A stretch of DNA of 64,000 bases from Octopus sinensis (GCF_006345805.1 NC_042997.1:20398001-20462000), one strand, 5' to 3'. Shown: positions 24,490 through 38,735, numbered from the stretch's first letter. Numbers and translations: made by a program. The notes: generated by a model not told the origin, from the sequence alone.

Positions 24490-24695
24490 GTTGGTGCCAT
24501 GTAAAAAGCATCCAGTCCACATTGTGAAATGGTTGGCATTTGGAAGAGTATCCAGCTGTAAAAAGTATGCCAAAACAGACACAGAAACCTGGTGTTGTCT
24601 TCTGCCTGGCAGGCTCCTGTGAAGCCATCTAACCAATGCCAACATGAAAGGCAGATGTTAAACAATGACGATAATGATGATTGTGATGATGATAC
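24490..24695 (+). mobile_element. RTE 3' tail fragment
   Basis: Degenerate match to 1340-1470, ending in (GAT)n. Confidence 0.7.
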
Positions 24696-24924
24696 ACACA
24701 CACACACACACGTGTGTGATTGCATAAAAGATGTCCTTATTTGTATTTATGTCAAGTCACTGCCCCCAGTAAATTGCAACTCTTTGCAAATAATATACTA
24801 CTTGATATTAAATCACTCTGGAAGTCAACTTTGTCTTTCATCTCTTCTAGTCTTTAAAATAAAGTACTAGCAAAGTGCTGGATCAATTGACTTGCCTCTA
24901 TTGCCTTGTGTCTGACTTATAGAG

Positions 24925-25734
24925 ACATCAGAGATGCATTTATCATCAGTCACTAAGGGATAGGCTCAACTGGTTATGGCTAAGCAACTGACAAGCAAAT
25001 TTGTGGCATTGAGCAGAATATTTGCTGTAGCCTCTCTTTTATGCCAAGATATGAGCATGTCCCTTAGTGGCTGACGATATGTGCATCTCTGATCACGAGC
25101 AGAAGTAGTGGGGGAGCATCAATGCCCTGATGCAGTACCAGACAGTGGCTTTCATGGCTTCTGATCTTAACTGAATAGAGGTGTTATCATGTACATTGTT
25201 TTGTCTTGGTATAAGAGATGGGCTACAGCAAATATAACACTTCCAGTCAGTTAAGATCAGAAGCCACGAGATGTTGAAAGAAACACCCACTTTTCCAAAG
25301 GTGAATTATCCAAACCCCAAAGAATTCCTCTCAACATATGGCTATGATACTCCCCTGCTACTTCTGCTTGTGACCAGAGATGCACATACTATCAACGACT
25401 AAGGAACATGCTCAACTGGTTACGGTCAAATAACTGACAAGCAAATGTATGGTATTGAGCAGAATATTTGTTGTAACCCATCTTTTATACCAAGAGCTTT
25501 TTACATGCTACCCATACAAGGGTTATTCAGGAGGTATTGACATCGACCACAATTGAATGGTGCTTTTTAAATTCCACCAGCATGGGAGCCAGTCAGGCAG
25601 CACTGGCAACGACCATGCTCGAATGGTGCTTTTTATGTGCCACCGGCAGGGGTCCAGTCAGTCGGCACTGGCATCGACCAGTGGTACATTTGAATGGTAC
25701 ATTTACATGTTACCAGCATGGGTGCCAATCGACG

Positions 25735-25773
<39 letters not shown>

Positions 25774-26475
25774 GTATAAAAGATGGGCTACAGCAAATAT
25801 TCTGCTCAATACCACAGATTTGCTTGTCAGTTGTTTGACCATAACCAGTTGAGCATGTCCCTTAGTGGCTGACGATATGTGCATCTCTGATCACGAGCAG
25901 AAGTAGTGGGGGAGCATCAATGCCCTGATGCAGTACCAGACAGTGGCTTTCATGGCTTCTGATCTTAACTGAATAGAGGTGTTATCAGGTACATTGTTTT
26001 GTCTTGGTATAAGAGATGGGCTACAGCAAATATTCTGCTCAATACCACAGATTTGCTTGTCAGTTGTTTGACCTTAACCAGTTGAGCATGTCCCTTAGTG
26101 GCTGACGATATGTGCATCTCTGATCATGAGCAGAAGTAGTGGGGGAGCATCATAGCCATGTGTTGAGAGGGATTCTTTGGGGTTTGAATAATTCACCTCT
26201 GGAAACATGGGTGTTTCATTCAACATCCTTAAACAACCCTTATTCAGGGACCTTTTGAGCAGGATGGGTTACTTGACCTGAAGAAAATTCTAAGTGGGCC
26301 CCACCTGCAAGGTCATGTGCTGCTTATCTTGATATGAGATCACCATGTCGTGCACATATGGTTGTGATGCATGTGCCTAGTGTACCCTTATCAGACGGGT
26401 AGTCATGATGGGTATACTGGGCTTCGTATATTTTACCCCAGTGTCACTTTGATGGCATGCACTGCTTTCTCACTC

Positions 26476-26476
<1 letters not shown>
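24925..26476. mobile_element. Cluster of one non-coding repeat family in direct, tandem (233-bp period) and inverted copies; the main copy 25773-26476 is flanked by (AAT)n
   Basis: agatgggctacagcaaatattctgc occurs at 25781 and 26014. 25053-25235 matches 25851-26033. 24925-25050 and ~25270-25490 are reverse-complement copies. Confidence 0.8.
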
Positions 26477-26530
<54 letters not shown>

Positions 26531-27121
26531 GTAATGATGATAATAATAAACTGAACAGAAATAAGCAGTTTGAGGAGAACAGGTTGTTCAAAAGTAACCT
26601 GAAGCAATTCTTCCGAGCATTAGAAGGAGACAATGTTACTCCTGATGCAAATCAAGCCAAGGAGTTCTGGAGTGGATTATGGGGAAACAATGTGGTGCAT
26701 AAAAGGGATGCAATGTGGATAGAAACTATCAAAACAGAATTGATGTAGCCATACCAAATAGCATGAATGTTGTGAGTAAAAAGGTTGCAAAAACCACCAA
26801 TTCCTCCAAATTGAAAGTGGAAATAGCAAGACTGTATGGAATGTGAGACGGTAATGTAAAAGTGATACCAGTGGTGATCGGAGCATTGAGCTCAATCCCA
26901 TTGAAACTTCAAAACTTTTTAAGGCAACTGGAAATACCATGCAAGGTTGATGTCTTGCAAGAAGCAGCCTTATTAGGCACAGCGCACATCTTAAGGAAAG
27001 TATTAAATGTTTGAGATCCTTGATGACAGATGACTAAAGACTGTGCATTTTTTTCCTACACTGTGTTACGAAGCAATAATAATAATAATATAATAATAAT
27101 AATAATAACAACAACAACATC

Positions 27122-27158
<37 letters not shown>

Positions 27159-27174
27159 GTAATAATAATAATAA

Positions 27175-27180
<6 letters not shown>
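26477..27180 (+). mobile_element. Internally deleted R4/Dong-type LINE between two (AAT)n tracts
   Basis: NKQFEENRLFKSNLKQFFRALEG...EFWSGLWG...AMWIETIKTEL (pre-RT region) joins near 26742 directly to DVAIP...KVEIARL...VIPVVIGAL...ALLGTAHILRKVLNV* (RLE). The RT core is missing. Confidence 0.8.
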
Positions 27181-27205
<25 letters not shown>

Positions 27206-27214
27206 GATGATGAT

Positions 27215-27427
27215 GATTTCAAATTTTGGTACAAGGCCAGCAATTTTCGAGAAGGAGTAAGTTAATTGCATTGACCCCAGTACTCAACTGGCATTTATTT
27301 TATTGGTCCCGAAAGGATGAAAAGCAAAGTTGCCCTTGGTGGAATTTGAACTCATACATCAAGATGGATGAAAGGTAACTAAGCATTTTCGTCTGGCATG
27401 CTAATAATTCTGCCAGCTTGCTGCCTT
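27215..27427 (-). mobile_element. SINE family A2
   Basis: The reverse complement gives the family A head and core with an A2-type tail. Confidence 0.75.
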
Positions 27428-27463
27428 AATCATAATAATGATGATAATAATAAAAATATTATT

Positions 27464-27875
27464 AAGTGGCTGTGTGGTAAGTAGCTTGCTAACCAACCAC
27501 ATGGTTCCGGGTTCAGTCCCACTGCGTGGCATCTTGGGCAAGTGTCTTCTGCTATAGCCCTGGGCTGACCAATGCCTTGTGAGTGGATTTGGTAGACGGA
27601 AACTGAAAGAAGCCTGTCGTATATATGTATATATGTATATAAGTGTGTGTGTATATGTTTGTGTGTTTGTGTTTGTCCCCCTAGCATTGCTTGACAACCG
27701 ATGCTGGTGTGTTTACGTCCCCGTCACTTAGCGGTTCGGCAAAAGAGACCAATAGAATAAGTACTGGGCTTACAAAGAATAAGTCCTGGGGTCGATTTGT
27801 TCGACTAAAGGTGGTGCTCCAGCATGGCCGCAGTCAAATGATTGAAACAAGTATAAGAGTAAAAGAGTAAAGAGT
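27464..27875 (+). mobile_element. tRNA-derived SINE, family C (CORE-like; internal TA/TG microsatellite), full length
   Basis: A box tggctgtgtgg, B box gttcagtcc, core atcttgggcaagtgtcttct, internal (TA/TG)n at ~27620-27670, tail ending (aaagagt)n. Confidence 0.85.
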
Positions 27876-28171
27876 ATAATAACAACAACGACAACAATAA
27901 TAATAATAATAATAATAATAATCCTTTCTACAATAGGCAAGAGTTCTGAGAATTTGGGGAAGGTAGCTAAATAATAATACTTAATATTTCAATCCTCTAC
28001 TGCTCTATTATGAATATGTGGTGAAGTGTAGATTTATTAAACCACCAGAAAAAATGCTTAATGACTTCTAGTTATATTCTGGGTCCCAATGGCACAATAA
28101 TTGATTTTACCTTTCACCTCTTCAGGGTCAGTAAAATAAGTATTAATTACATGTTCATTAAATTGACTATA

Positions 28172-28172
28172 T

Positions 28173-28265
<93 letters not shown>

Positions 28266-28291
28266 CTCTCTCTCCACTTCTCTCTCTCTCT
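28172..28291. repeat. (CT)n microsatellite
   Basis: Direct reading. Confidence 0.95.
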
Positions 28292-31200
28292 TGCTACTAG
28301 ATTTGTGATCTTGTACCAATGTTACAACTAATACTTTCTATTGTTGTGGTTGTTGTTGTTGTCACTTCTATGAAGTATTTTATTTTGCTTCCTTTAATTT
28401 TGAAAGAGGAAAGATATTCATAGCTGAAAAATATGAATTAACATATTTCTTCAATACTTCTTCAGTTAGTTCCTCTTATAGGATACACATTTATGCAATC
28501 ATTAGCAAGTTATATACTGAACATTGATATTTCAGTCTGTCAGTCAGTTCATATTCATACCGCTATGTGCAAACATACATGTTAGTGAATCTACTTGGTT
28601 GTTGAAAATCTTATTAATATTTGATCTAGCTAATCCAATCAAATCATCTGTTAATCAAGCTAAGTGGCTTCATGGCCAGTTGCACATTTGATCATCATAG
28701 ATGATTTGTGATCATCTTAACAGCTTACATGCTTCAACGCTTCCTTGCCAAGCTTGTCTTTAATGCTCCGTCAACTTGATGGAGAAGGCATCTTAAAGGA
28801 AACTGATGTTTAATAACGTTATGATTACAAACATTTAGCTGTATGGACAGAAAATGTGATGAAGTTTGTCAAGGCCTTCTTGAAATCTTCACAATATAGT
28901 TTCACCTTAAATAGCGGCATAATTTTGAAAATTATTTTAGCACTACATGATTTTAGAAATTTTAATTACCAATAATGCATGAAAACTAGGAAGTCACAAT
29001 AAGAGACAATGTGTCAGATCTATTACCAGTCATAGAAACATATTGATGTCACTATTCTGAAATCCTTTAAAAATGTAAATATGTCCACATGCAAATAAAC
29101 ATTATTAAACATTTTATAGTAATAAAAACAAATTGGCATAAAATCTAGTAAATTTCCAGATGAGAATCAACTCTTCAATCAAACCAGCAAGTAATGAGTT
29201 CCCTCTTGTGAAATCCTCTCTGTGGGTTTGTAATTATTTTCCCCCTCAAAGTGATTCTTATAACTGTATAGCATTTAACATTCTATTAACATTTTATATA
29301 AAAGTATTTTATAATACATTCATACACTTTATGGTTGAATTAACCACAAATTAACAGTATTAAATCAGCGTAATTAACACGCTAAATTCAGGTGGGATAC
29401 CTTGTTTTGGTAAACATGTCTTTCCATAGATATGTTATTGATGAATGACAGGAAAAAAATATGATACCAATATCAAGTGGCAGTTCAATATCAAAAAGGG
29501 ATATAAATGTCTATGGAGAATGTGATGATTCCCCTATTCATACTATAATATGATAAGCTAAAGATATAATGTTCAATTCCTGTCAGTGGTTTTTCTGTTA
29601 TTCTTAAATCTTAGATTGTTGTTTACGACTATAAAATATATTGTGTGTATGTTTGCTTGTATGGGGAAAGTAATACCAGCATGACTATAACACATTTTTA
29701 GTTATATGCACATGATTTTTTAATATTATTTTTCGATTCAAAATGTATTTATACTGACTGATATTATGCCTGTGTTTTGACTATTTCACCGGTTTTTGAA
29801 ACATGTTATTAAATGCAAAAGGATATTGACTCCATCATATCCTATCTCTATTTGGCTCTTTGTGTTTCAAATATATCCTGACTGTTGCTCGTGACTGGCG
29901 TTGTGTGTTAGATTTTCCCCAGCTAATATTGATGAAAACTGATGTCTCATAACATCAAACATGACCAACAGTTACTATACATTATAAATTTAATGCATCA
30001 AATGTTTCTGTTATAGTTTTTTTTTGTATATACATACATATATGTGTTGTGGTTTACATATATAAATATTAAACTATTGCTACACATTGTGGTAAAGTAG
30101 GTAGAGTCCATTATATGTGAATAAATTATTTATATTCATCGCTGCATTTCAATACAGTCTTTTGCTTTCTTTATTAAGTGTTTCGAAAGTCTGCATGAGA
30201 ATGCTGTATTTGAACACGATAATTCTCAGGTTCTCCTCTAATGCACTTCTATTCATTCTTCATTTTTCCCTAGGATTTTATACTATTACAATAACTATAC
30301 TTACATTATTATGGTTACCATATAATTTCTTTATTTTTGAACACAGAAAAATGTACGAGACACGTGATGATGAAGACGACAATGACAGTATCAAAAAATA
30401 TGTTGGCTGTGGTAATGATGGTAGTGGTAGTAGTGCTACTGGTGGTGAGATGATAGTGGTGATGTTTAGACCCAGGACGACCATGATATGGAAGACCTAT
30501 GGTTAAAGTAACAAACCCATCTTTTACTTGGATATAGTACTGTCTTGTACTAAATCACCAGTGCTATTTCTAGCAGATTCAGTAACCGCATAAACATGCT
30601 ATCATTGATTCTATGTACATAACAGATTTATTAATCACATATAAATCTAATATGGATATTTTATTTGCCATACATTTTTTTCATACAATTCCTGAAAATT
30701 CATAATTTTATATGATTTTTAGAACCTTGTAAATGTTATAAAGTAAATTTCTCCAGATTTCCATTTTCTGTATATTAATTCCTAAAACATGAAAAGATGT
30801 ATTGCTTCAAAGTAAAAGTTTATTACATGATGCTACAGATTACTTATTTCAGCTTAGACTGGAAAAACAATAATAGCAAAGCAGGTGTGATGGCTATTAT
30901 AAATGCTATGATGAAAAATTTTGCGCATAATTAATAAAGCTTTTGTGGTGGCCATATTTTGGATGTAATAAACTTCGATGTGTTTTAGTTAATTATGAAA
31001 ACAACCAGGAATTCAAAAGGATTTAGTAAAAATAACAAACATTTTTATTTCTTGGTAAAATAAGTAAGTGTTTGGAATATAACTGAAAAAAACATTCTTA
31101 TATAAAATTATAATAAAAAGTTTAAATTGAATACAAACATATTAAAATAAGTGATGGCAGTTTTAGATGGATAGTATCAAATGAGTGTCAAAATATTTGA

Positions 31201-31999
31201 AAACAAAGTCAGCATTCAAATAAAACAATTTAAAGAAACAAGACAGTTTTAGTATTTTTATTCTTTTACTTGATTCACAATGTTTTCGAAGCAGTCATCT
31301 AATCTAAGTACCATGTTATCCGTTGAATGACCAGATTCTTCATGGAATATATTGAATTAGGAATTACTTAATATCATGTATTCTTCTTACTAACCATTTA
31401 TTTGAAACAGAGCAGTTTTTTTCTTTTGTCGTGATCGTTATTTCTAATTTTATGAAATAATTAATCTAGTGGTAATTTGGGTTAAAACTGCTTTGTTATT
31501 TTTAAACAATATCCAAGTAATTAATATCCAGGTAACACAAGCAAAAGCAACAAAATCAATCAATAAAGTACAATGTCATGGAAATTGCTCCATGGAAGAA
31601 AGGAAAATAAGTGAATATTTCGGGGCAGTGTTCCTTTGTCAAAAGAGGGGGAAGGAGATAGAAAGGAAATATAGAAGAAATAGAGAAAGAATAATGGAAA
31701 GAAAGAAACTAAGAAACAAAAATAGAAAGGAATGAAAAAAAAAGGAATAAATAAATGACATTAAGGTAGAAGAATAACATGCTAGAATGGCAGGCAGGAA
31801 GCAACAGAGTAAAGAAGCTGCTTTTTCAAGCAGAGAACAAAAAAAAAATGGGACTATTGGTAAGAGAAATAAGTGTGATAAACATGAGAAGTACAGAAAG
31901 GAAATGAAGTATGTATGTGCATTTATGACAAGTATGGACGAAGGTGGTAACATGTAATTAGGTGTGTGTGTGTGTGTGTGTGTCCACTTCTAAGCAATG

Positions 32000-32345
32000 C
32001 ATCATCTGAAGGCAATCATACCAAATCTGCTCTTAGTCATGAACATTAGGAAAATTCTCCCATGGAGTTATGCAAATGTTGTGTCCTTCAATGAGATACA
32101 ATCACTGTGCATATCAAGAAAGCATTATGGCACCTGGTCCTACCTTTAACTCACAGTCACTTCAAATGCTAGGCGTTGGCAACTCTGAGAACAATTCCTG
32201 CTGAAATATCTACAACATAACAAAGACTGCATCACAAAGACTAGCATTCCACTTCAGAACCAAAAGATACATCAGTCCCTGCCTTCTCCACTTACAACTA
32301 TTAACCCTGCTCTACAAAGCTTGGGTGGGATTTTCAGTGCTCTGC
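32000..32345 (+). mobile_element. Decayed CR1/L2-group LINE RT C-terminal fragment
   Basis: MLGV...NITKTASQRLAFHFRTKRYISP...LLTLLYKAWV fits the LGV...HI..I.K.AS..LG.L.R...LYK..VRP block. Confidence 0.6.
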
Positions 32346-33027
32346 TTTCCAAACATCTGGTACTATTTTTACACAAATATTTATGATGACATCTAAAGAA
32401 AGGCCTCTCAATTAATTGACATAGGCTGGAAAGGAGACACCTGTCTAGAAGTATACATGAGAAAAGATGGAAGGATGTGGTAAGGAAGTTGGGAATGAGT
32501 GTCCCTAGTTAATCTACCATGAGGGGAAAAAAGGATGTAGCCATTGGACAGTAGACCAACAAGACAAAAATGTAAGGAAATCAAAATTTTTAATCATATA
32601 AATCATGTATTTTTAACTTGATATATTTTTGTGTAAAAAAAAAATGAACTGAAAAAACTCACTGAGTATTTCTTTATTAATATTTTGTATTGTCCTTCTA
32701 TATTAGATCTTATGATCATAATGAAGAAATCTCTCAATTAATTGACATGAAATACCCATAAAACACAATCCAGCCTCTGACTTGCAATCATGTTCCCACA
32801 TTTCTTTACCTCTAAGGTAGCTTCTCCTCCTTAAGGGTAACTGGCCTCATGTCATCTCCACTCAGACACTTCTAGTTTCTTTCTCTTCTGTTCATTACCA
32901 GTACTGTGTCCAATGCCAGCACCACACATTGACCATTAATTACAAATTTTCCCCCTCTAGAATTCCTACCTATGCTGCACATGCTTTTCCAACAACTAAT
33001 GATTCGCAACATTTCAAGTGGAATATC

Positions 33028-33260
33028 TATTTCTTTACTACCCACAAGGGGCTAAACAAAGAGAGGACAAACAAGGACAGACAAACAGATTAAAGCGATT
33101 ACATCGACCCCAGTGCATAATTGGTACTTAATTTATCAACCCCGAAAGGATGAAAGGCAAAATCGACTTGGCGGAATTTGAACTCAGAACGTAATGGCAG
33201 ACGAAATACAGCTACGCATTTCGCCTGGCATGTTAACGTTTCTGCTAGCTTGCCGCCTTA
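33028..33260 (-). mobile_element. SINE family A, full length
   Basis: TSD ttcaagtggaatatc at 33013-33027 and 33261-33275. Confidence 0.92.
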
Positions 33261-34185
33261 TTCAAGTGGAATATCATTAACATCTCTCTCACTAGTCTCA
33301 GAAATTCTTGTCAATGTGATGGGCACAGCCACCTCCTTCAGACCAAACTAGTCGAAAAATGGGAGTCAGCAAAGCATGCAAATAAATGTATGAAATGATA
33401 GGTTAAGTATTAGTGAGTGGTATATGTAAGGCATCATAATATGTGGGGTGTGTGCAAATAGGAGGTAAAGTGTGTGTATGGATAGAAAAAGTGATGTGTG
33501 TGTGTGTGCGTGTATGTGTGAGTGTATGCGCATGCATGCATATAATAATGACAAACAGATAGACAAACAGACAGAGCAAAAGGGGAGTTAAATGATTGAA
33601 CAAGATTTTGTACGATTATCTGTGTACACAGTGAGCAAGGCATGATATTAGTGGGTAATGTGAGCAAGATGTTATAGCGAAGGGTATGGGCATATGGTAG
33701 ACAGTTGGGGCAATGCATTTGAGAGCATGTGTAGAGAAGGCAAGTGGTGTGTGTGTGTGTGTGGTGTGTGTGTGTGGTAGGAAAAATAATAAAACTTGGG
33801 TCTTTCAACAAAAAGCAAATCAGTTATTTTCTACAGCAATGGTATTCTGTTTAAGTGGAAGATGAATGGTTGTACTACACAATGTTAGGAAACAAGTATA
33901 TCATGGTGTTAAGTATAACTTGATAAAAGGATTTCTGGATTACTGTTTGAAGCATCACTTTATCTTCATTTGCTTTCCTCCAAAGCAACCACTTTTCTAC
34001 TTTGTACTTTATTTTTACTTGTATTTTTACCTAGATATCAATTATTTATGTTTTGATTTTATGACATCTGAAAATATTTTTAGCTACCTTATACCCTCAG
34101 CTACCAAACTTCAATATCAACTAGCTTGTCATTTTGGTGGGCTGTGCAGGAGTTGTTTCCCTTGTCTGGTTGATTACATATTTGG

Positions 34186-34576
34186 CTAGCAGTATCGCCC
34201 GGCGTTGCTCGGGTTTGTTTCGACCCTTTAAAATTGGAATTTTTGAAAAGTAAAGATTTTGCATTATGTAGCTTGTTATTCTTTTTAAGTGAACATTTTT
34301 CTTGTTGAAATACACCGAAAAATGGTGACACAACAGTCAAAAGATCGTAAAAAATCGGGATTTTCATAGAAAAAAAGCACATTTTTTAGGTAAATAATTT
34401 TTCGTCTTAACATGGTCCGATTTGAATTTTTTCTTCTCGGAAGGAAAAGCAAGCCTTCCTCTATCATACTCTCAATTTTGGTCGACTTGTGCCGCAGGGT
34501 CTGGGAGGAGATAGTGTTAGTTGAAGGCTACCAAACCTGCCATACACAGACAACTTCAGTTTTATATAGAGAGAGA
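34186..34576 (-). mobile_element. Non-autonomous Helitron-like element (~390 bp)
   Basis: The minus strand starts a|TC..., has the subterminal hairpin cccgagcaacgccggg and ends ...ctgCTAG. No TSD. Second copy at 53412-53791. Confidence 0.8.
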
Positions 34577-35682
34577 TTTATCAATGTTAGAGGCTTTAGC
34601 TACTGCAAATTTGAATTGAACCTGTAAAATGTTGAGAGTATTTTTGTTCGTAAAATGTAAACTTAGAAATTATTATCAACTAGTGTCAATTTCAAAGATT
34701 TTTCTCCATTTTATTGGTGGAAATTCCTTCTGCTCTGTTCACAGAACAGAAGATAATCATAATCACATCCTTAAATACATATAAAATAAACATGAAACAG
34801 ATATGCATTCACTGGCAATTACATACTCTACAGTCTCTGAGATCTCTTGATGCTTGAATTTTGGCAAAATCCTTAAATTTTACTGTAATCATAGATTTGT
34901 CGGAGGAGAAGATACTTGACAATCCTGAATGTTTCAGACAAAAGGAATTTACAAAGTACAGACACTTCAAAATTGAGTGGTTGATGATAGGAATATCATG
35001 AAGCTAGAAGATAAGTACACTAACATTTCAAGAGGAAGCTACAGCATGATCATTCCACATGCTAGAAATAGCAGCCAAATATCCTTCAAATTATATTTTA
35101 GCATCTTAAAAAAATTTAAGATATTAGATAAAGTTGTATAAAAAGATGTGATGGTCAAGGCTGGAGCATCCTTAATTATAAGTTTATCTGATTAGAGCTG
35201 TACTGTATCTAATCAATAACTACAACATTAACAACAAACACATTTTATGAATATGTTGTATTTATTAGATTGTCTAGCGCTACCTGTATGAAATATGTTT
35301 GTTTAATTGATCAAGAAAAAGGAAGCATATTTTTATAACAATTTTTTAACAATTACATATATACCAAAACATTTTATTTTTACTAGTATATGATTATATT
35401 ACAATGCTACTCTCCACCCCAATCCCTTTTTTTGAACTACCACTTCCTTCTCTCCAACCTACTCTTATTTCTTTCATCTTCCCCATAACTGATATAATTG
35501 CTATTGAATATGGCCCTGTAGTGTTTGCTGTTCATTGGGTTACATATGTCCCCACCTCTAACCATCTTTCACTAACCTCATATTCTCACAAACTTACCTG
35601 ATCCTCAGTCCCTATCTCATTTGTTCCTCTGCCTCCACCCACCTCATATTCACCATCCTGTATCTCAAGAGCATGCCTAACA

Positions 35683-35885
35683 GCAAGCTGGCAGAATCGT
35701 TAGCACACTGGGTGAAATGGTTAGGGGTATTTCGTCTGCCATTACGTTCTGAGTTCAAATTCCGCCAAGGTTATACTTGCCTTTCATCCTTTCGGGGTCA
35801 ATAAATTAAGTACCAGTTACGCACTGGGGTCGATTTAATCAACTTAAACCCTCTATGTTTAGCCCCTTGTGGGCAATAAAGAAAT
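35683..35885 (+). mobile_element. SINE family A (small internal deletion)
   Basis: TSD aagagcatgcctaaca at 35667-35682 and 35886-35901. Confidence 0.9.
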
Positions 35886-36084
35886 AAGAGCATGCCTAAC
35901 ATGTCACCACCACCATCCTCTTCTCAGTATTTCTAGCTGGCACAGCCATATATCTCCTCTACTGCAAGACACCTGTTCCTATCCCTCTATCATACTCTTA
36001 CCTTTCAACATTTGGCATTAACCACCTCCCTTAATACTAATCCTTTCCTCTTTAATCAAGGGATCTTGCCTCCCAAACTACTTG

Positions 36085-36295
36085 GTGACCTCACTAGTGG
36101 TGGTATCACAAAAAATGCATCAAGTACACTCTGCAAAGTGGCTGGCATTAGAAAGGGCATCTATTTGTAGAAACCCTTCCAAAACAGACATTGGAGCCCA
36201 ACACAGTCCTTTGATCTGTCAGATCCTATCAAACTGTTCAACTCATACCAGTATGAAATACAAGTGTTAAATGATGACAATGATGATGAGGATGC
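36085..36295 (+). mobile_element. Degenerate RTE 3' tail fragment
   Basis: gtggctggcattagaaagggcatc...gttaaatgatgacaatgatgat. Confidence 0.65.
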
Positions 36296-38504
36296 TGAAA
36301 TATGAGGAAGATGTGAACTTTATAATTCAGTCAATATGTATTGTCCTTTATGTAGGAGCATGTGTAATACGAAAGCATGGTTGATTGGCATTTTAGCTTA
36401 GCAGGTGTAAAATTCAAGAGCAATTCAAGCGCATGGGAAGGGAGCACAATTTGTTTATTAAGTAAGTGTTGATGGAGACGACACAAATACTCTTCAGCAG
36501 GATTTTCTTTTTAGTTGTTTCCTGAGTCAAAGTATCTGTTTCTATTCTTTTTTTATTGGTGATTAAAACCTGAAAGCTATGCTCAGGTAAATTTTCTGTT
36601 GCACAAACAAAGTAATGAAATCAATAGATCAATGGGATTTATTGAATGGAAAGCATTAAATTTGTACCTATGTTATTTAAATTTTGCAGCATTTTTTTTT
36701 TTTTTGTATGAACATTTTTATCAATAAAATAGTGAATTCCCTTAAAAATGATAATGGAGTGGCAGGATATTGAAGCATCCATCTCATATACATGAGCTTG
36801 GCACTTGATATAAATAAACCACTCCATGGCTTATTTATATCATCTATATTAACATATGACCATTTAGATGGGAACAACATGATCTTGTGTGTTGTAAGAT
36901 ATTAAAAAGATTCTGATGGAAAGAGTAAAGAGCATCTGGTTGTAAAACACTGCCTCAGAAAAACTGTCCAACGAATTCCAATATGTAAACCACTGCTGAT
37001 GATAATGGTATGTCTGTTACGCATAGCCTAAAAGTCTATGAATGAGACTGAGCAATAAGGAATTCTCTTCATTGTTATTTCATTAGTTAAATTTAGTATG
37101 TCTTGTCCTGACTAACTATTTTGGTAACAACAGTTTTACTATAACAGGAGAAATTATCCTGGTTTCACCATGTTGCTATCTCTAACCACCAAAATCATCA
37201 ATAGCTGTATAGCAAACCAATGTGCATCTTTTGTGCCCTTTAATAATTCAATTTCCACTGCAGTTACCTTGATAAACATCTTAGGAAATCTAAATTCTTT
37301 TATTTAGTAACAAATAATGGTATCTCAGGCCAATCCATCCTGTTTGAGCCTAATACAACTTATTTGTATTCTATGCAGTAATTTTCCAACATTAAAAGAT
37401 TCCTCAATCATGTCTACGTTAAGGTCAATCATAATCAGACAGTGTTTGATAGCCAATCAATGAAAATAAGAGGAAAAGCAATAATAAAAATTGTGTTTCG
37501 TGTAGAAAATACCTTCCTCTTTTCAAACCAAATGTTTTAATGAATGCCAATATCTAATGGATGCCTATTTCTTGTGACAATAATCGAAATTTCAAGATAA
37601 AATCAATATACAGCTAAAATAAATAAATAAATAGATTTGATTGATTAAATTTAGTGACCAATGAGATAATGTGGGCTGATTGCTAAAGATATTGGTTCAG
37701 GATTTAATTTAGCTATCAAATAAGACAAACAAGAAATGATAACAGTGAACTTTTAAATATTGAACACTGTACTCATCAGTAAAATGAAATGAATTGCAGA
37801 GGCAAGGAATATTTTTTACACTTGTTTTTTTTTTTTTGTAGCAAAAAAAAAAAAGAAAAAAAAGCTTAATACATTATTGCAGATAGTAGTTGCAATAAAT
37901 TCAATTAATTCATCGAAAAATGTCAGTTGTGGTTTTCAAACTGTTCTTATCCGCACAATCATAGCAAAAGCTCTATTTTGTCCTACACATACACAATACA
38001 CAAACTCGTCTAAATTGTAAAATATTTACATTAACCATTTGGGAGCTACTATTATTGATTTTTTTTCTTTTTTTTTTGTATGTGAAATGGCAGCATCCTG
38101 AAATTGAGTATTGAATATGTATCAGTCATTAAAGTGACAGTAAAAGAAATCATGTTTGTATGTATGTGTTGTCTATATGTAAATAGACACGAGCTCAGAG
38201 ACATATATGTTTATATATTTGTTATATATTTCTATGTGTCTTCTTACACACCACTCTGGTTCTGTAAACAACACACCCGTAGGGAAAACCTCCACATTTG
38301 TTGCCAGCTTTGCTTTCAAATCTACACTGCATGCACTCAATAAAATTCTCTCTTTTGAACTTCACAAATATTTACACACAATAGCCAAGGGTTAAAACTT
38401 CAGTAGTGCCTCTACCCACAAAAGGTAAATGAACCTGTCAGCTACAAACTTATTGCTATCACTTCCAATATTTCAAAGGTGATAAAATCTGTTGTATATA
38501 AACT

Positions 38505-38668
38505 ATACATACATTTACATATACATATACATACATACATACATACATACATACATACATACATACATACATACATACATACATACATACATGCATGTAT
38601 ACATACATATATACATGCATACATACACATACCAACACATGCAGACTCACACGCACACATGTATGTAT

Positions 38669-38710
<42 letters not shown>

Positions 38711-38735
38711 GTGAATGTGTGTGTGTGTGTGTGCA
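38505..38735. repeat. Compound (TACA)n/(TA)n/(TG)n microsatellite
   Basis: Direct reading. Confidence 0.95.

Noticed and set aside
25869-25995. CTGACGA (plus) and CTGATAA...GAAA (minus) motifs in the 233-bp unit
   Set aside because: There is no GAAA after a stem II on the plus strand, and no valid stem III or cleavage triplet on the minus strand.
28726-28787. Exon-like segment on the minus strand (ttcctttaag acceptor, gtaagc donor)
   Set aside because: It has stop codons in all three frames and no other support.
30117-30506. 129-aa ORF with a hydrophobic N-terminus
   Set aside because: It is an AT-rich low-complexity translation ending in GAT/GGT repeats, with no recognisable domain or splice support.
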